Shown here piece after piece: positions 18,471 through 27,550 of a DNA stretch of 36,769 bases (positions are counted from its first letter, which is position 1; each line of letters opens with the position of its first letter). Source of the DNA: Candidatus Micrarchaeota archaeon (lineage in GTDB: Archaea; Micrarchaeota; Micrarchaeia; Micrarchaeales; Micrarchaeaceae); the NCBI GenBank assembly GCA_027345565.1, contig DAHWIF010000007.1, positions 1 through 36,769 on the forward strand, written 5' to 3'. Below the pieces are notes generated by a model, which saw nothing but the letters and a program-made list of their open reading frames with translations, had not been told where the DNA came from and made no database searches. The position numbers and the translations under genes are program-made.

Positions 18471-20248
18471 GGAACCAGTATCAACAATAGCAGGATGATG
18501 ACAAGGCCTACAGCCAGCGCGGCCACATATGTATTAATGTTTCCGTTTTCGGCCACCTTGGTGGACGCGCCAAGCCCTACGACGCCTCTCGCACCGATAT
18601 ACAGGACACGGTTGAGGTACCGCTCAAACGCCTCGGCCCCGCGTGCTATTCCTATTGTTAACGCGGCAACGCAGCTATATGCGGCATTGACCGGATAAGA
18701 GGTGTGCATGAGCAAACGCGTCCTGCTCCTCTCCGAAAGTATGCTTGTCGTCTTCCTGAACAGTATATACGCCGCGAGTATGCCGAACACAACTACAATG
18801 GTCTCTATCGATGCGGCCGTGATGTCGACAGCAAAGCTGCCGCTTATGAGAAGGTATGCCGTGAAGGCCAGCACGCCCGCCGCAAGTATCGCTTGGGGCG
18901 CCTGCATACTTTTCTTTATAGCGGCGAACTTCGCGTTTATCAGGGTCCTTGGAGCTCTCCCCTGGTTGCCCATCGGGACGAAGAGCCACCTGAATATGTA
19001 CAGAGCGGTAAGGAAATCGGCTACGGTGAGCACTACATAGACTATCACATTAGACACCGCGGCGCTGTCTATCGCAGCCTTGCCGAAGAACCCGCTGAAC
19101 GGGAATAGCCCTGCAAGCGACAGCGCTCCGATCAGGGCTGAGACGAAAAGCAGCCTGTTCCTGCCGAATGAAGATACCTCGTATATGTTGGTGCTGTCTC
19201 CGTTAGCCTTCATTATGGTGCCAGAGCTCATGAGCAGCAACGCCTTGTAGATCGCCTGCACCACGAAGAAGAGCAGCGCGGCGGGGATGGCGTTGAGCCC
19301 TAGCGCTACGAACATGAGGCCGAGGTCCTCCATAGTCGAGTACGCCAGTATCTTTTTGATGTGGTCAGATGCCAACGCAGTGAGCGCGCCTACCAGCACG
19401 GTTATCGCGCCGATAACCAACATCAGCCAGAGCAGCTTCAGCGCTATGAAAAGGGGGATCAGCAGTATGGCGAGAAAGACGCCGGCCTTCACCATCGTAG
19501 AGGAATGCAGGAATGCGGAAACTGGCGTCGGCCCCTCCATAGCATCGGAAAGCCACTCGTGGAATGGGAACTGCGCGGACTTTGTGAAGGCACCCACTAG
19601 CAAGAGCACTCCGGCTACTACGATTGTCGCAGGTATTGCCGCTAGCGCGTGCACACCGGATATTATTGCGGCGAAGCTGAACGTATGGAAGCTGCTCCAT
19701 ACCATCAGCATACCGGCGAGCAGGCATATATCGCCTATTAGTATGGTGGTTATCGCCTTGCGCGCCGCGAGAGGCGGCGCCTCCTTTCTGTACCAGAAGC
19801 CTATAAGCAGATAGCTGGTTATGCCCAGCCCCTCCCACGCTATGAAGAAGGTGAGGAAGCCGCCGCTCATCGCAAGAAGTGTCATCGAGGTGGCGAAGAG
19901 GCTCATCAGGAAGTAATACCTGCTCTGCTCGCTCGGCACATCCATGTAGCCTATAGAGTAGAGGAATATGAGCGGCGATATGACCGCGATCAGCAGGAGG
20001 AGCAGCTGGTTAACGCTGGTGAAGGAGAGCTCCAGATGGAAAGAGTAGCCGCCTGCTGAAAACCAGGCAATCTGGCTAGGCGCAGGGGCCACATGAATGA
20101 GAAGCAGCACGGTAAGCAGCGCTGAGCCAAGGGCTCCTGCGAAAGCGACGTATTTAGCGTAGCGCTCCGACTTCGGCGATATGCCCATCGCAAGCGCTGC
20201 GATCCCGCCTACGAATAATGGAAGCAGCACCGTTAATGGATACATCAT
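18467..20248 (-). CDS. nuoL: NADH-quinone oxidoreductase subunit L
   Basis: YSIGYM, WEGLGITSYLLIGFW, KSAQFPFHEWLSDAMEGPTPVSAFLHSSTMV and IKKILAYST. Confidence 0.95.
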   Translation of the reverse strand: MMYPLTVLLPLFVGGIAALAMGISPKSERYAKYVAFAGALGSALLTVLLLIHVAPAPSQIAWFSAGGYSFHLELSFTSVNQLLLLLIAVISPLIFLYSIGYMDVPSEQSRYYFLMSLFATSMTLLAMSGGFLTFFIAWEGLGITSYLLIGFWYRKEAPPLAARKAITTILIGDICLLAGMLMVWSSFHTFSFAAIISGVHALAAIPATIVVAGVLLLVGAFTKSAQFPFHEWLSDAMEGPTPVSAFLHSSTMVKAGVFLAILLIPLFIALKLLWLMLVIGAITVLVGALTALASDHIKKILAYSTMEDLGLMFVALGLNAIPAALLFFVVQAIYKALLLMSSGTIMKANGDSTNIYEVSSFGRNRLLFVSALIGALSLAGLFPFSGFFGKAAIDSAAVSNVIVYVVLTVADFLTALYIFRWLFVPMGNQGRAPRTLINAKFAAIKKSMQAPQAILAAGVLAFTAYLLISGSFAVDITAASIETIVVVFGILAAYILFRKTTSILSERSRTRLLMHTSYPVNAAYSCVAALTIGIARGAEAFERYLNRVLYIGARGVVGLGASTKVAENGNINTYVAALAVGLVIILLLLILVP

Positions 20249-20544
20249 CGATCCCTCAGCCTGTTAAGTTTAGTGACGTCCAGGCTCGCCTTGAACTTGG
20301 CGAGGTACCTGTAGAACACCACGAGCGCTATCACGTCGACAGCGGCTATCGCCCATATAACGAAAAGCAACGGGAGTATGGCGCCTGCTGATGTGTAGCT
20401 ATACAGCGACATCGCGGCGAGCGAGCTTGCTACTATTATTATCTCGATCGAAAGCACTATCACAACGAAGTGCCTCGATGCGAGCACACCGGCTATGCCT
20501 ATCGAGAAGAGCGCAAACACCAATAGAAGCAGGTACTCTAGCAT
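20245..20544 (-). CDS. nuoK: NADH-quinone oxidoreductase subunit K
   Basis: 99 aa, 3 TM helices, LFSIGIAGVL...LSIEII; lies between nuoJ and nuoL. Confidence 0.9.
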   Translation of the reverse strand: MLEYLLLLVFALFSIGIAGVLASRHFVVIVLSIEIIIVASSLAAMSLYSYTSAGAILPLLFVIWAIAAVDVIALVVFYRYLAKFKASLDVTKLNRLRDR

Positions 20545-21035
20545 TATTTCACCGTCAACTCCTTCAGCAGCGGTATTGCCGCCAGAGCCATCAGGAAGAG
20601 CATTATCGTTATGGCGTAGAGCGCCATTATCGTGTATTCCGATGTTAGGGACGCGACTATCTGCGTGGTGTAGAACTGGTTTGTCTGGCCAAGGCCGTTC
20701 ATCGCCGCTGCCGTGCCGGAAGCGTAGAGCCCGTATGCCATCACGCCGAATATCGCTATCGCTGCGACCGCCAGTGCAGCGTAGTTAGTGTACCTGAAAT
20801 GCGAGTAGCTCGCCGCAGCGACGCCTACGAAAAGATAGACGGAGACGCCGCCTATCATTATCAGGAGCTGTATGGCGGCGAGAAGTGGCTGGTTCAGGAA
20901 CAGGAATATGAGAGAGTTCACGAAGAAAACTGCTGAGAGAATGACAGCCACGTGCAGGACGTCCTTCAGTACGAATATGAGCAACGACCCTACGAGTATC
21001 AGTGTTGCCAATACCGCTATGGTAAAGTCTATCAT
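20544..21035 (-). CDS. nuoJ: NADH-quinone oxidoreductase subunit J
   Basis: 5 TM helices, HVAVIL...LAAIQLLIMIGGVSVYLF; operon position. Confidence 0.88.
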   Translation of the reverse strand: MIDFTIAVLATLILVGSLLIFVLKDVLHVAVILSAVFFVNSLIFLFLNQPLLAAIQLLIMIGGVSVYLFVGVAAASYSHFRYTNYAALAVAAIAIFGVMAYGLYASGTAAAMNGLGQTNQFYTTQIVASLTSEYTIMALYAITIMLFLMALAAIPLLKELTVK

Positions 21036-21050
21036 CCCATCACGAGGCGC

Positions 21051-21413
21051 CTACTTCAGGTCTTCAGGCCTCTTTATGAACTCTCTCCTATCGAACCTTT
21101 CAACATCATAATCCTTAGTCAGCACCAGGCATTCTGTGGGGCATACCTCCTCGCACAGCGCGCAGAACAGGCACCTCTCAAGGTTTATCTCCGGCATCAC
21201 CTTCCTTCCGTGGTCCGTGTCCACCTCCACCATGTTTATCGTCTGGTTCGGGCATATCCTAGCGCATGCAGAACAGCTTATGCAGGTTTTCATGTCGAGT
21301 TTGTGGACGCCTCTGTAGTTGTCGGCTACCGCCTCCCTCTGCTCCGGGTATTCCAACGTAGCTGGTGCCTGCAAGGCCTCTTTCGCGACAGTTGCCAGAG
21401 GCTTTATTATCAT
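21051..21413 (-). CDS. nuoI: NADH-quinone oxidoreductase subunit I (2x[4Fe-4S])
   Basis: TLEYPE...YRGVH, CISCSACARICP and CLFCALCEEVCP; start set at MIIKPL (21413). Confidence 0.94.
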   Translation of the reverse strand: MIIKPLATVAKEALQAPATLEYPEQREAVADNYRGVHKLDMKTCISCSACARICPNQTINMVEVDTDHGRKVMPEINLERCLFCALCEEVCPTECLVLTKDYDVERFDRREFIKRPEDLK

Positions 21414-21420
21414 CGAATCA

Positions 21421-22464
21421 CTAGTGGATAAACAATATGAATGTAAGTAATAAATTAACCACCGCAAGCGGCACCATGTAGAGCCATCCAAGGCGTAGCA
21501 CTCGATCTATGCGCATCCTGACCGTGGTCGCCCTTATGACTATTATGAACAGGGCTATGAGCGTAACTTTTATCATTGTCCATGCGAATGGCGGGATCAG
21601 GCTTGGTCCAAGGAACCCGCCGAAGAACAGCACGGTTATGAGCAATGAGCCTACGAACACCCTTGCATAGTCCAAGAACAGCACGAGCGCATAGTACGGC
21701 GCGCTCACGTCTGTAAGCCAGCCGGCGATAAGCTCGCTGTCAGCCTCCCTCAGGTCAAAGGGGGGCCTCTCAAGCTCTGCGAGCATCACCACGAAGAATA
21801 TCACAAGGCCTATCGGCATCAGCAGGGCGAACCAGTGGCTCTGCTGAGCTGATATTATGCCATAGAAGCTGAAGCTATTGGCTGCCATCGCGACAGCCAC
21901 TATCACCAATAACAGGGGTATCTCGTAGCTTATCAGCATCGCTACAGAGCGCTCTGCCCCTATTGAGGCGAACTTGTTCGCGCTGGACCACCCTGCAGTG
22001 AATATAGCGAGCGGTATGAAGGATATTATCATGAACACTACTATCAGGGCTATGCTGGTGTCTATGCCTACGAACGAGCTTGTCAGCGGGATGAAGAACA
22101 TCGTCATTACGAACGCCGCGGCCATCATTGGTATTGAAATGAGGAACAGGGAGCGGTCGGCATCGTGCGGCACTATGTTCTCCTTGCTTATCAGCTTTAT
22201 CAGGTCGGCGAGATTCTGCAGCACCCCATATTTGCCGACGTATGTGGGTCCGTGCCTTGACTGCATCCTTGCTATGTACTTACGCTCTATCCAGCCTATA
22301 AGATATCCGAATATCGATGCGGTCAGTATAAGGGCTATTGCGAAGACGACCATTGCTATTATGAGGGATAAGGGCCCAAGGTACGGCTGCGGCACGTATC
22401 TGGAAAATATGCTCTCTATCGTGACGAGATAGCTTTGCACTGCGCCGGAGCTTATCGAGACCAT
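21421..22464 (-). CDS. nuoH: NADH-quinone oxidoreductase subunit H
   Basis: ERKYIARMQSRHGP..VG.YGVLQNLADLIKLISKE, ISYEIP, RPPFDLREADSEL, RMRID; start at 22464 with GGAGG SD. Confidence 0.95.
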   Translation of the reverse strand: MVSISSGAVQSYLVTIESIFSRYVPQPYLGPLSLIIAMVVFAIALILTASIFGYLIGWIERKYIARMQSRHGPTYVGKYGVLQNLADLIKLISKENIVPHDADRSLFLISIPMMAAAFVMTMFFIPLTSSFVGIDTSIALIVVFMIISFIPLAIFTAGWSSANKFASIGAERSVAMLISYEIPLLLVIVAVAMAANSFSFYGIISAQQSHWFALLMPIGLVIFFVVMLAELERPPFDLREADSELIAGWLTDVSAPYYALVLFLDYARVFVGSLLITVLFFGGFLGPSLIPPFAWTMIKVTLIALFIIVIRATTVRMRIDRVLRLGWLYMVPLAVVNLLLTFILFIH

Positions 22465-22517
22465 CTGACCTAACCTCCTTCTACTAGAACGCTTATATTC
22501 GTTTGGTGCGCTATCAG

Positions 22518-22793
22518 ATGGATTATTTGATGCCTGAAGGCGCAACAGCTGCGCTTAAAGCCGGGGAGCTGCGCACGCGCGTAAAAAGAGCTGGTATGCT
22601 GCAGTTCATCGTATTCAGGATAAAGAGGGTGGCGCTCGGCGGCTCTGATTACCCTGAGCTCTTCTCTGATAGGATGATTGACCTTAGCGAGCTGCAGAGG
22701 ATAGCCGACAGCGTCGGCCTCCCTGTAGAGGCGCAGAACGGAAGGGCTTTCCCATCAGGCAAAGGCGCGAAGGACTTCCTCGGCGTAAGATGA
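22518..22793 (+). CDS. Small hypothetical protein
   Basis: MDYLMPEG... (~91 aa) with GGTG SD; divergent from nuoH; stop abuts the next convergent gene. Confidence 0.6.
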   Translation: MDYLMPEGATAALKAGELRTRVKRAGMLQFIVFRIKRVALGGSDYPELFSDRMIDLSELQRIADSVGLPVEAQNGRAFPSGKGAKDFLGVR

Positions 22794-24476
22794 TCAGCCG
22801 TTTGCCACTGTGATCTCGCCCGTCGCATTCTTCGCCGCACCGAGCTGCGTGTAATTCAGTGCGATGTCGTATGTGGTGCTCACGGTTTGCAGCGGTATCG
22901 GCACATTTACGCACGACATCGTAAGGTCGGCTGTCTGGCCAGGGGCTATCGATACGCTGACATTCTGGCTCTTCTTGAGGCCCGGAGCGAAGCATGCGGC
23001 CTTTGTGATTTTTATCGCTGTTGTCATGTTGTTGGTGAGCCCTATCACAGCAGTGGAGTTAGCATCCGAGAAACTCACCACCCTGCACGGCAGCGAGACG
23101 TTGAATATGCCGCAAACGTTTACCAGCGTGCTCACCCACCCGGCGCTCCTGTTCGAGAGGTTTAAGGAGAGCAGAAGGTCTATTCCAGCGTTGTTGGCGA
23201 GCAATATGGTGCTCCTATTCACGAAAGAGTACAGGCTTGCGGTGTAGTTCTGCGTCACCTCGGTCTCGTTTATGAGGACGTTGACCTCGCTGCTGTTGTG
23301 TATCGTGCTGACGCCGCTGGAACACACATATATGTTGTTCGCTGGGTAGACTATCCCGTTGCAGGTTGAGTTAACGCTTATGTTCACCGGTGCGGCATTC
23401 TTCTTGAGGTAGCTTATGAAGGTTCCGTACTGGTTCGCGAATATGCTGGCAGCTCCGTATGTCCCGTTGCCGTAGGTGAGCGCTGACCCGAGGTACGTCG
23501 AGTTCAGGTACACGAACTTCGGCGCAAGCTCACTGAGCCCGACGGTCTCGTTGTTTGTGCCAACCGTGAGAGTGTTTGCGGAGCCGCTGTGCGCCGCGCT
23601 TATTATGCCGGCGCATGTGATGGCATTGGTGCTTGCGTTGTAATATGAGACTATCTTTGTCCAGCCTTTCGAATAGTAGAAGCACATGCTGGTTGTGTTG
23701 CTTACCCTGGCGAACGCCGCCCTTGTGCCGTTGGCGCTTGCCACCGATTCCGGGATGGAGAAGCTGTTCACGATTGCGCTGACCAGCGCTGGCGTTATCG
23801 TCCCTTGCACCCATACCGTATACGCTATCTGGTTGCCGGGATAGTACGCTGTGGCGCCTTCGGCAAGGTTTATCGTATCTGAAAGGTCATACAGCGTCCT
23901 GAGCATAACGGTACGCGCCGGGCCGAATATGTCGCGCAGCACGCTTATGTTGTATCCGAGCGCCGTAGTCGATGCGAATGCGGATCCGTTCTGGAGCAGG
24001 CTGAATGACTGCGTATAAGTTATATTGTTGTTTGGTATGGAAGAATAAGCGTTTGGGGTTTGGGGCGCATTGACATCTATCGCGACGCTGCCCTGAGCTG
24101 CCGACCTGTTGCTTATCTTGAGCAGGTGCCCGGGATCGGCTATGGCCTGGAACTGATAGAGGCCATTCGATGGGAAGGTGTAGTTCAGCGAGACAGAGCC
24201 TCCGCTCCTCGGCGGCAGGGTGACCTTGTAGGATTTTACAGGAGTTCCATCAAGGTAGACAAGCAGCGGCACACCGGTCGCCGTGCCTGAGCCGGTGTTG
24301 TTTATGTAAACGGTTAGGTACGCGGTCTGGTACGGATATGCAGTAGCTGGCACGTTGGCAAGTAGCGTAACCGATATGCTATATACGCTGCTTATCTGGG
24401 TTGAAAGCACATATGCAACAGCTACCGCTACAACTACTACTATAGCCGCATACACCAATAATGTCTTGAAGTCCAT
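22794..24476 (-). CDS. Membrane-anchored cell-surface glycoprotein with CARDB/Ig-like domain
   Basis: N-terminal TM anchor; CARDB-like segment (VYINNTGSG...VYLDG...LNYTFPSNGLYQFQAIADP); very many N-x-S/T sequons; several Cys pairs. Confidence 0.75.
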   Translation of the reverse strand: MDFKTLLVYAAIVVVVAVAVAYVLSTQISSVYSISVTLLANVPATAYPYQTAYLTVYINNTGSGTATGVPLLVYLDGTPVKSYKVTLPPRSGGSVSLNYTFPSNGLYQFQAIADPGHLLKISNRSAAQGSVAIDVNAPQTPNAYSSIPNNNITYTQSFSLLQNGSAFASTTALGYNISVLRDIFGPARTVMLRTLYDLSDTINLAEGATAYYPGNQIAYTVWVQGTITPALVSAIVNSFSIPESVASANGTRAAFARVSNTTSMCFYYSKGWTKIVSYYNASTNAITCAGIISAAHSGSANTLTVGTNNETVGLSELAPKFVYLNSTYLGSALTYGNGTYGAASIFANQYGTFISYLKKNAAPVNISVNSTCNGIVYPANNIYVCSSGVSTIHNSSEVNVLINETEVTQNYTASLYSFVNRSTILLANNAGIDLLLSLNLSNRSAGWVSTLVNVCGIFNVSLPCRVVSFSDANSTAVIGLTNNMTTAIKITKAACFAPGLKKSQNVSVSIAPGQTADLTMSCVNVPIPLQTVSTTYDIALNYTQLGAAKNATGEITVANG

Positions 24477-24477
24477 A

Positions 24478-24939
24478 TTACTGCCTGCCTTTCAGCTCCT
24501 TTATGGCAGCTGTTATCTTTTCACGTATCGGCTGCACCTCAGAATCAAAGTAACGGCCGACCCACGCCTCTTCGTTGTACTTCTGGTCCGGGTCCATATT
24601 AGATAGGAAATAGACGCCCTTGAGGTTGTTCACGACGTTTGCCCTCTTAAGCTGCAGCAGGTGATACCTGAGCGTCTTCTCGTTCATCGGCTCCCAGTTC
24701 TTAGCTATATACTCCATCAGCTCTGCCACTGACGGGTCCTTCCGCTCCGTAAACTGGAAATAGAGCAGGGAGTCTAGGACGGCCACCGCACTCTGCCTGG
24801 ACTCGCCAGGGTTTATTATGCCAAGGGCTAGCGCAAGCCACCTGACGAGCGACCGCCTCGTCTCCACGACCTCCTTGGTCAGCATCATATTGCGCAACGT
24901 TATCTCTCGCTCTATGAACTTAGATTCGTTTATCTCCAT
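24478..24939 (-). CDS. Winged helix-turn-helix protein (ArsR/MarR-like fold), putative regulator
   Basis: PSVAELMEYI...NEKTLRYHLLQLKRANVVNNLKGVYFL fits the wHTH recognition helix and wing pattern. Confidence 0.65.
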   Translation of the reverse strand: MEINESKFIEREITLRNMMLTKEVVETRRSLVRWLALALGIINPGESRQSAVAVLDSLLYFQFTERKDPSVAELMEYIAKNWEPMNEKTLRYHLLQLKRANVVNNLKGVYFLSNMDPDQKYNEEAWVGRYFDSEVQPIREKITAAIKELKGRQ

Positions 24940-25058
24940 GGATGCACCAAGAAAGAACCGGCCTCACATCTATATTGGTCCACATTTCTAAAAACCTATC
25001 GTATCGTTTCGCAATGTTATGCTTTTAAATTGATTGCGCAATAATAAAGAGTGATTTT

Positions 25059-25421
25059 TTGGCGATCGTTGAAATCTATGCAAGCTTCGAGCCACAGGCG
25101 CTGAAGGCCTATTCGAAGAACGAGCCGTACCTGGTGCTCTCGCTAAAGAACTCGGACGGAAACGCCTCATACTGGTGCGAGTGCGACGTGTCGGTGAAGC
25201 CTCCGTTGTCGTTGGCCCACGACAAGGAGCTAGGCGTCGGGAGGACCAAGGTAGGGATAGTCAAGCCTAACGGCGCGCTTAACAAGAAGATAAGGCTTTT
25301 CACTATGCCGAACAATTTCCCGGACGATTACCAGGTCTCGATTACCGCTTATGTATACGGCGAGGATGGCACGATAGCAGAGAGGGTGGACCGGAATGAA
25401 AGCGTGCCGTGCAGGGAGTGA
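25059..25421 (+). CDS. Hypothetical protein (beta-rich, possibly Ig-like)
   Basis: 120-aa ORF with TTG start behind TTTTAAAT (~25023-25030); alternating beta-strand pattern. Confidence 0.65.
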   Translation: MAIVEIYASFEPQALKAYSKNEPYLVLSLKNSDGNASYWCECDVSVKPPLSLAHDKELGVGRTKVGIVKPNGALNKKIRLFTMPNNFPDDYQVSITAYVYGEDGTIAERVDRNESVPCRE

Positions 25422-26063
25422 TCAGCGCCTTACGCTCTCGTATACCTCCGCAGCGCCCCTCAACATTATGTAAACGAACAGCACCGCGACTATTGCGTAG
25501 CCGAGTATGAGGTACCACCCGAAAACGAACCCTGTGACATAGATGAGCGAGAGGTAGCCGAACGCCACCGCTTTGACGACGTTTATGCCTCCACGGCCAA
25601 CGTTTGACGAGTACACCGCCCTGGCGAATCTGCTCCTCATCTTTGAGGATGTGCCTTTGGATCCCATCAGCGCGTCGACGAAGGAATGCCTTACTACGAC
25701 AGCAAGCAGTATCACAAGAGGTATTATGCCGAGGTATGTGAAGAGTATCCAGAAGACGTACTCCACCACGCGGTCGCCGGCTATGTCAAGCCTTGGCCCG
25801 TACGGCGAGCCAGGCAGCGCCTTGAACTTTGCTACCTTTCGCTTTGCAGAGGGGTTGCCCAGCGCAGACCTGATATAATCTGGCAGGCTTACCTGCCCGT
25901 GGCTCTTCTCGCTTATCGCGGCGAAGCCGTCTACCGCATCGAGCAGGAACATCACCGCTATCAGTATCAGCGTTGCCGCTATAGCGAACCTTATGAGTAC
26001 CAGGTATACAATCAGGAAAACAAGTAACGTCCTGAATATCGTTACCGCGTCTGCTCTGTTCAT
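25422..26063 (-). CDS. CDP-alcohol phosphatidyltransferase family protein
   Basis: ADAVTIFR, D-x2-DG-x2-A (LDAVDGFAA) and G-x3-D-x3-D (GPRLDIAGD), with about 6 TM helices. Confidence 0.85.
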   Translation of the reverse strand: MNRADAVTIFRTLLVFLIVYLVLIRFAIAATLILIAVMFLLDAVDGFAAISEKSHGQVSLPDYIRSALGNPSAKRKVAKFKALPGSPYGPRLDIAGDRVVEYVFWILFTYLGIIPLVILLAVVVRHSFVDALMGSKGTSSKMRSRFARAVYSSNVGRGGINVVKAVAFGYLSLIYVTGFVFGWYLILGYAIVAVLFVYIMLRGAAEVYESVRR

Positions 26064-26110
26064 GCCAGTTAACCTTTTGATTGGGCGCTTTAAAAGCTTT
26101 CAGATTCTGG

Positions 26111-26683
26111 CTACATCCTGAGCGGGACCACATAGCGCTGCTGGATGGTCTCTTGTGCCTTTCTGATGGCCTCGGCGAGGTCTTTTGCCGCAGCGTCCAT
26201 CTCGCTTATCACCGCATCAGATTCCAGGCTGTACGGCAGTCCGCCGTCCCGGTCGGCAGCCGAAAGAAGCAGACCTGCCGTTTTTGATATTGCGCTTATC
26301 GAGGTATTTCTTTTATCGAGGATTGTGTTGTATATCGCCTCTATGTTTTCTAGGACCTTCTTCCTGGTCGCCATTGCGCTTCCGTGCAGCAACACGAAAT
26401 CGGAGGTGCTATGGTAGAAGACCGGGAGCATGTCGCGCTCCTTCTCGCTCTCGAAGTTCCTCGAGAAGAGCTCCTCGGCGAGGCTACGCACCTTTTCGAT
26501 AGCGGCGTATGTGCGCGCTGTATGGCCCTGCTGGCTCCTGTATGAGAACACGACCCTGCGAGCCTCAAGCACAAGACTCTGCGCGGCTTCGGTTATCTCC
26601 ATCTGGGGCTTTCTTCCCTGGACATCGCGCCTGCCGGGTTCATTGCCGGGACGCGTATGCTGCGTTGCGATAGTTGATGACAT
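26111..26683 (-). CDS. Hypothetical alpha-helical protein
   Basis: 190-aa ORF with GGTGAG SD upstream of the ATG; no recognised motif. Confidence 0.6.
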   Translation of the reverse strand: MSSTIATQHTRPGNEPGRRDVQGRKPQMEITEAAQSLVLEARRVVFSYRSQQGHTARTYAAIEKVRSLAEELFSRNFESEKERDMLPVFYHSTSDFVLLHGSAMATRKKVLENIEAIYNTILDKRNTSISAISKTAGLLLSAADRDGGLPYSLESDAVISEMDAAAKDLAEAIRKAQETIQQRYVVPLRM

Positions 26684-26730
26684 GCGCTCACCTGCATAAC
26701 GCTGGACTCTCTCATGTTAGGCATTTATAG

Positions 26731-27435
26731 CTATGGGATGACAGGCCCGTATACCGGCGCCGAGAGGATGCTGGTTAGGGCGACGCTGCTGAAGATGAGC
26801 GCTATGAGGAGTATTATGAACAGCGTGACGAGGTACACTCCGAAGGCGTGCAGCCTGTCTATGCGCTGCTGGTTCGAGATCGCTATTATCCCGTTTATGA
26901 AGCCCCATACCGTGACTATTGCTAGTATAACATATCCAAATACCGGTATGAAAAGAAGCCAGTACAGCGCCAGTGCGGGTAGCGCCCCGTACATCACCCC
27001 TGTGAAGGTCCTGTCCCAAGGCCTCTTGAACTCCCTGAGGAAAGACTTGCCTATCAGGTGATAGATAAGCGAGTCTATGAATATGCCTATCACAGGCAGT
27101 ATGAGCAGGAATACTACGTCAGCGAGGAAGACAGCGCCAACAGCCCCTACGCTCGGTGCGACGTTCGCTATGAAGCCGTCGAATATCGAGAAGTAGTTGT
27201 GTGGCCCGCAGCTTATGCTAGTCGTCGGGTTGACCGTTGAAACCGGGCAGGCGTATGCTGCTGCCCCTATCGTACTGTAGTAGATCGACCCTATGATAAG
27301 GAAGAGTATGAATGGGATTACCGCCACAGTATAGTAAACCTTAAGCGCATGGCCTATGCTCATCTCCTTTTTCGTGTCATCCCCAGGATGAATCAGCGAT
27401 CCGAACCCGTTCTTTAGGTCTCGCGAGAAAGTCAC
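26731..27435 (-). CDS. Yip1-family multi-pass membrane protein
   Basis: SLIHP at the N-terminus, about 5 TM helices, YHLIGK..L, TFTGVMYGALP and W..INGII pattern typical of Yip1 domains. Start uncertain (GTG 27435 chosen). Confidence 0.7.
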   Translation of the reverse strand: MTFSRDLKNGFGSLIHPGDDTKKEMSIGHALKVYYTVAVIPFILFLIIGSIYYSTIGAAAYACPVSTVNPTTSISCGPHNYFSIFDGFIANVAPSVGAVGAVFLADVVFLLILPVIGIFIDSLIYHLIGKSFLREFKRPWDRTFTGVMYGALPALALYWLLFIPVFGYVILAIVTVWGFINGIIAISNQQRIDRLHAFGVYLVTLFIILLIALIFSSVALTSILSAPVYGPVIP

Positions 27436-27550
27436 GCAATCACATAAATGCTTCAAAAGGAGCATTTAAATTCTTATCGCAAGCTCCGCAAACCGTTTGG
27501 GTCTGAGACTACCACGCCATATTGCTGGCTGCGCCCACATGCCATCTGCA

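Noticed and set aside
16179-22432. Many plus-strand ORFs across the nuo operon
   Set aside because: Antisense shadows of hydrophobic membrane-protein genes, with no motifs of their own.
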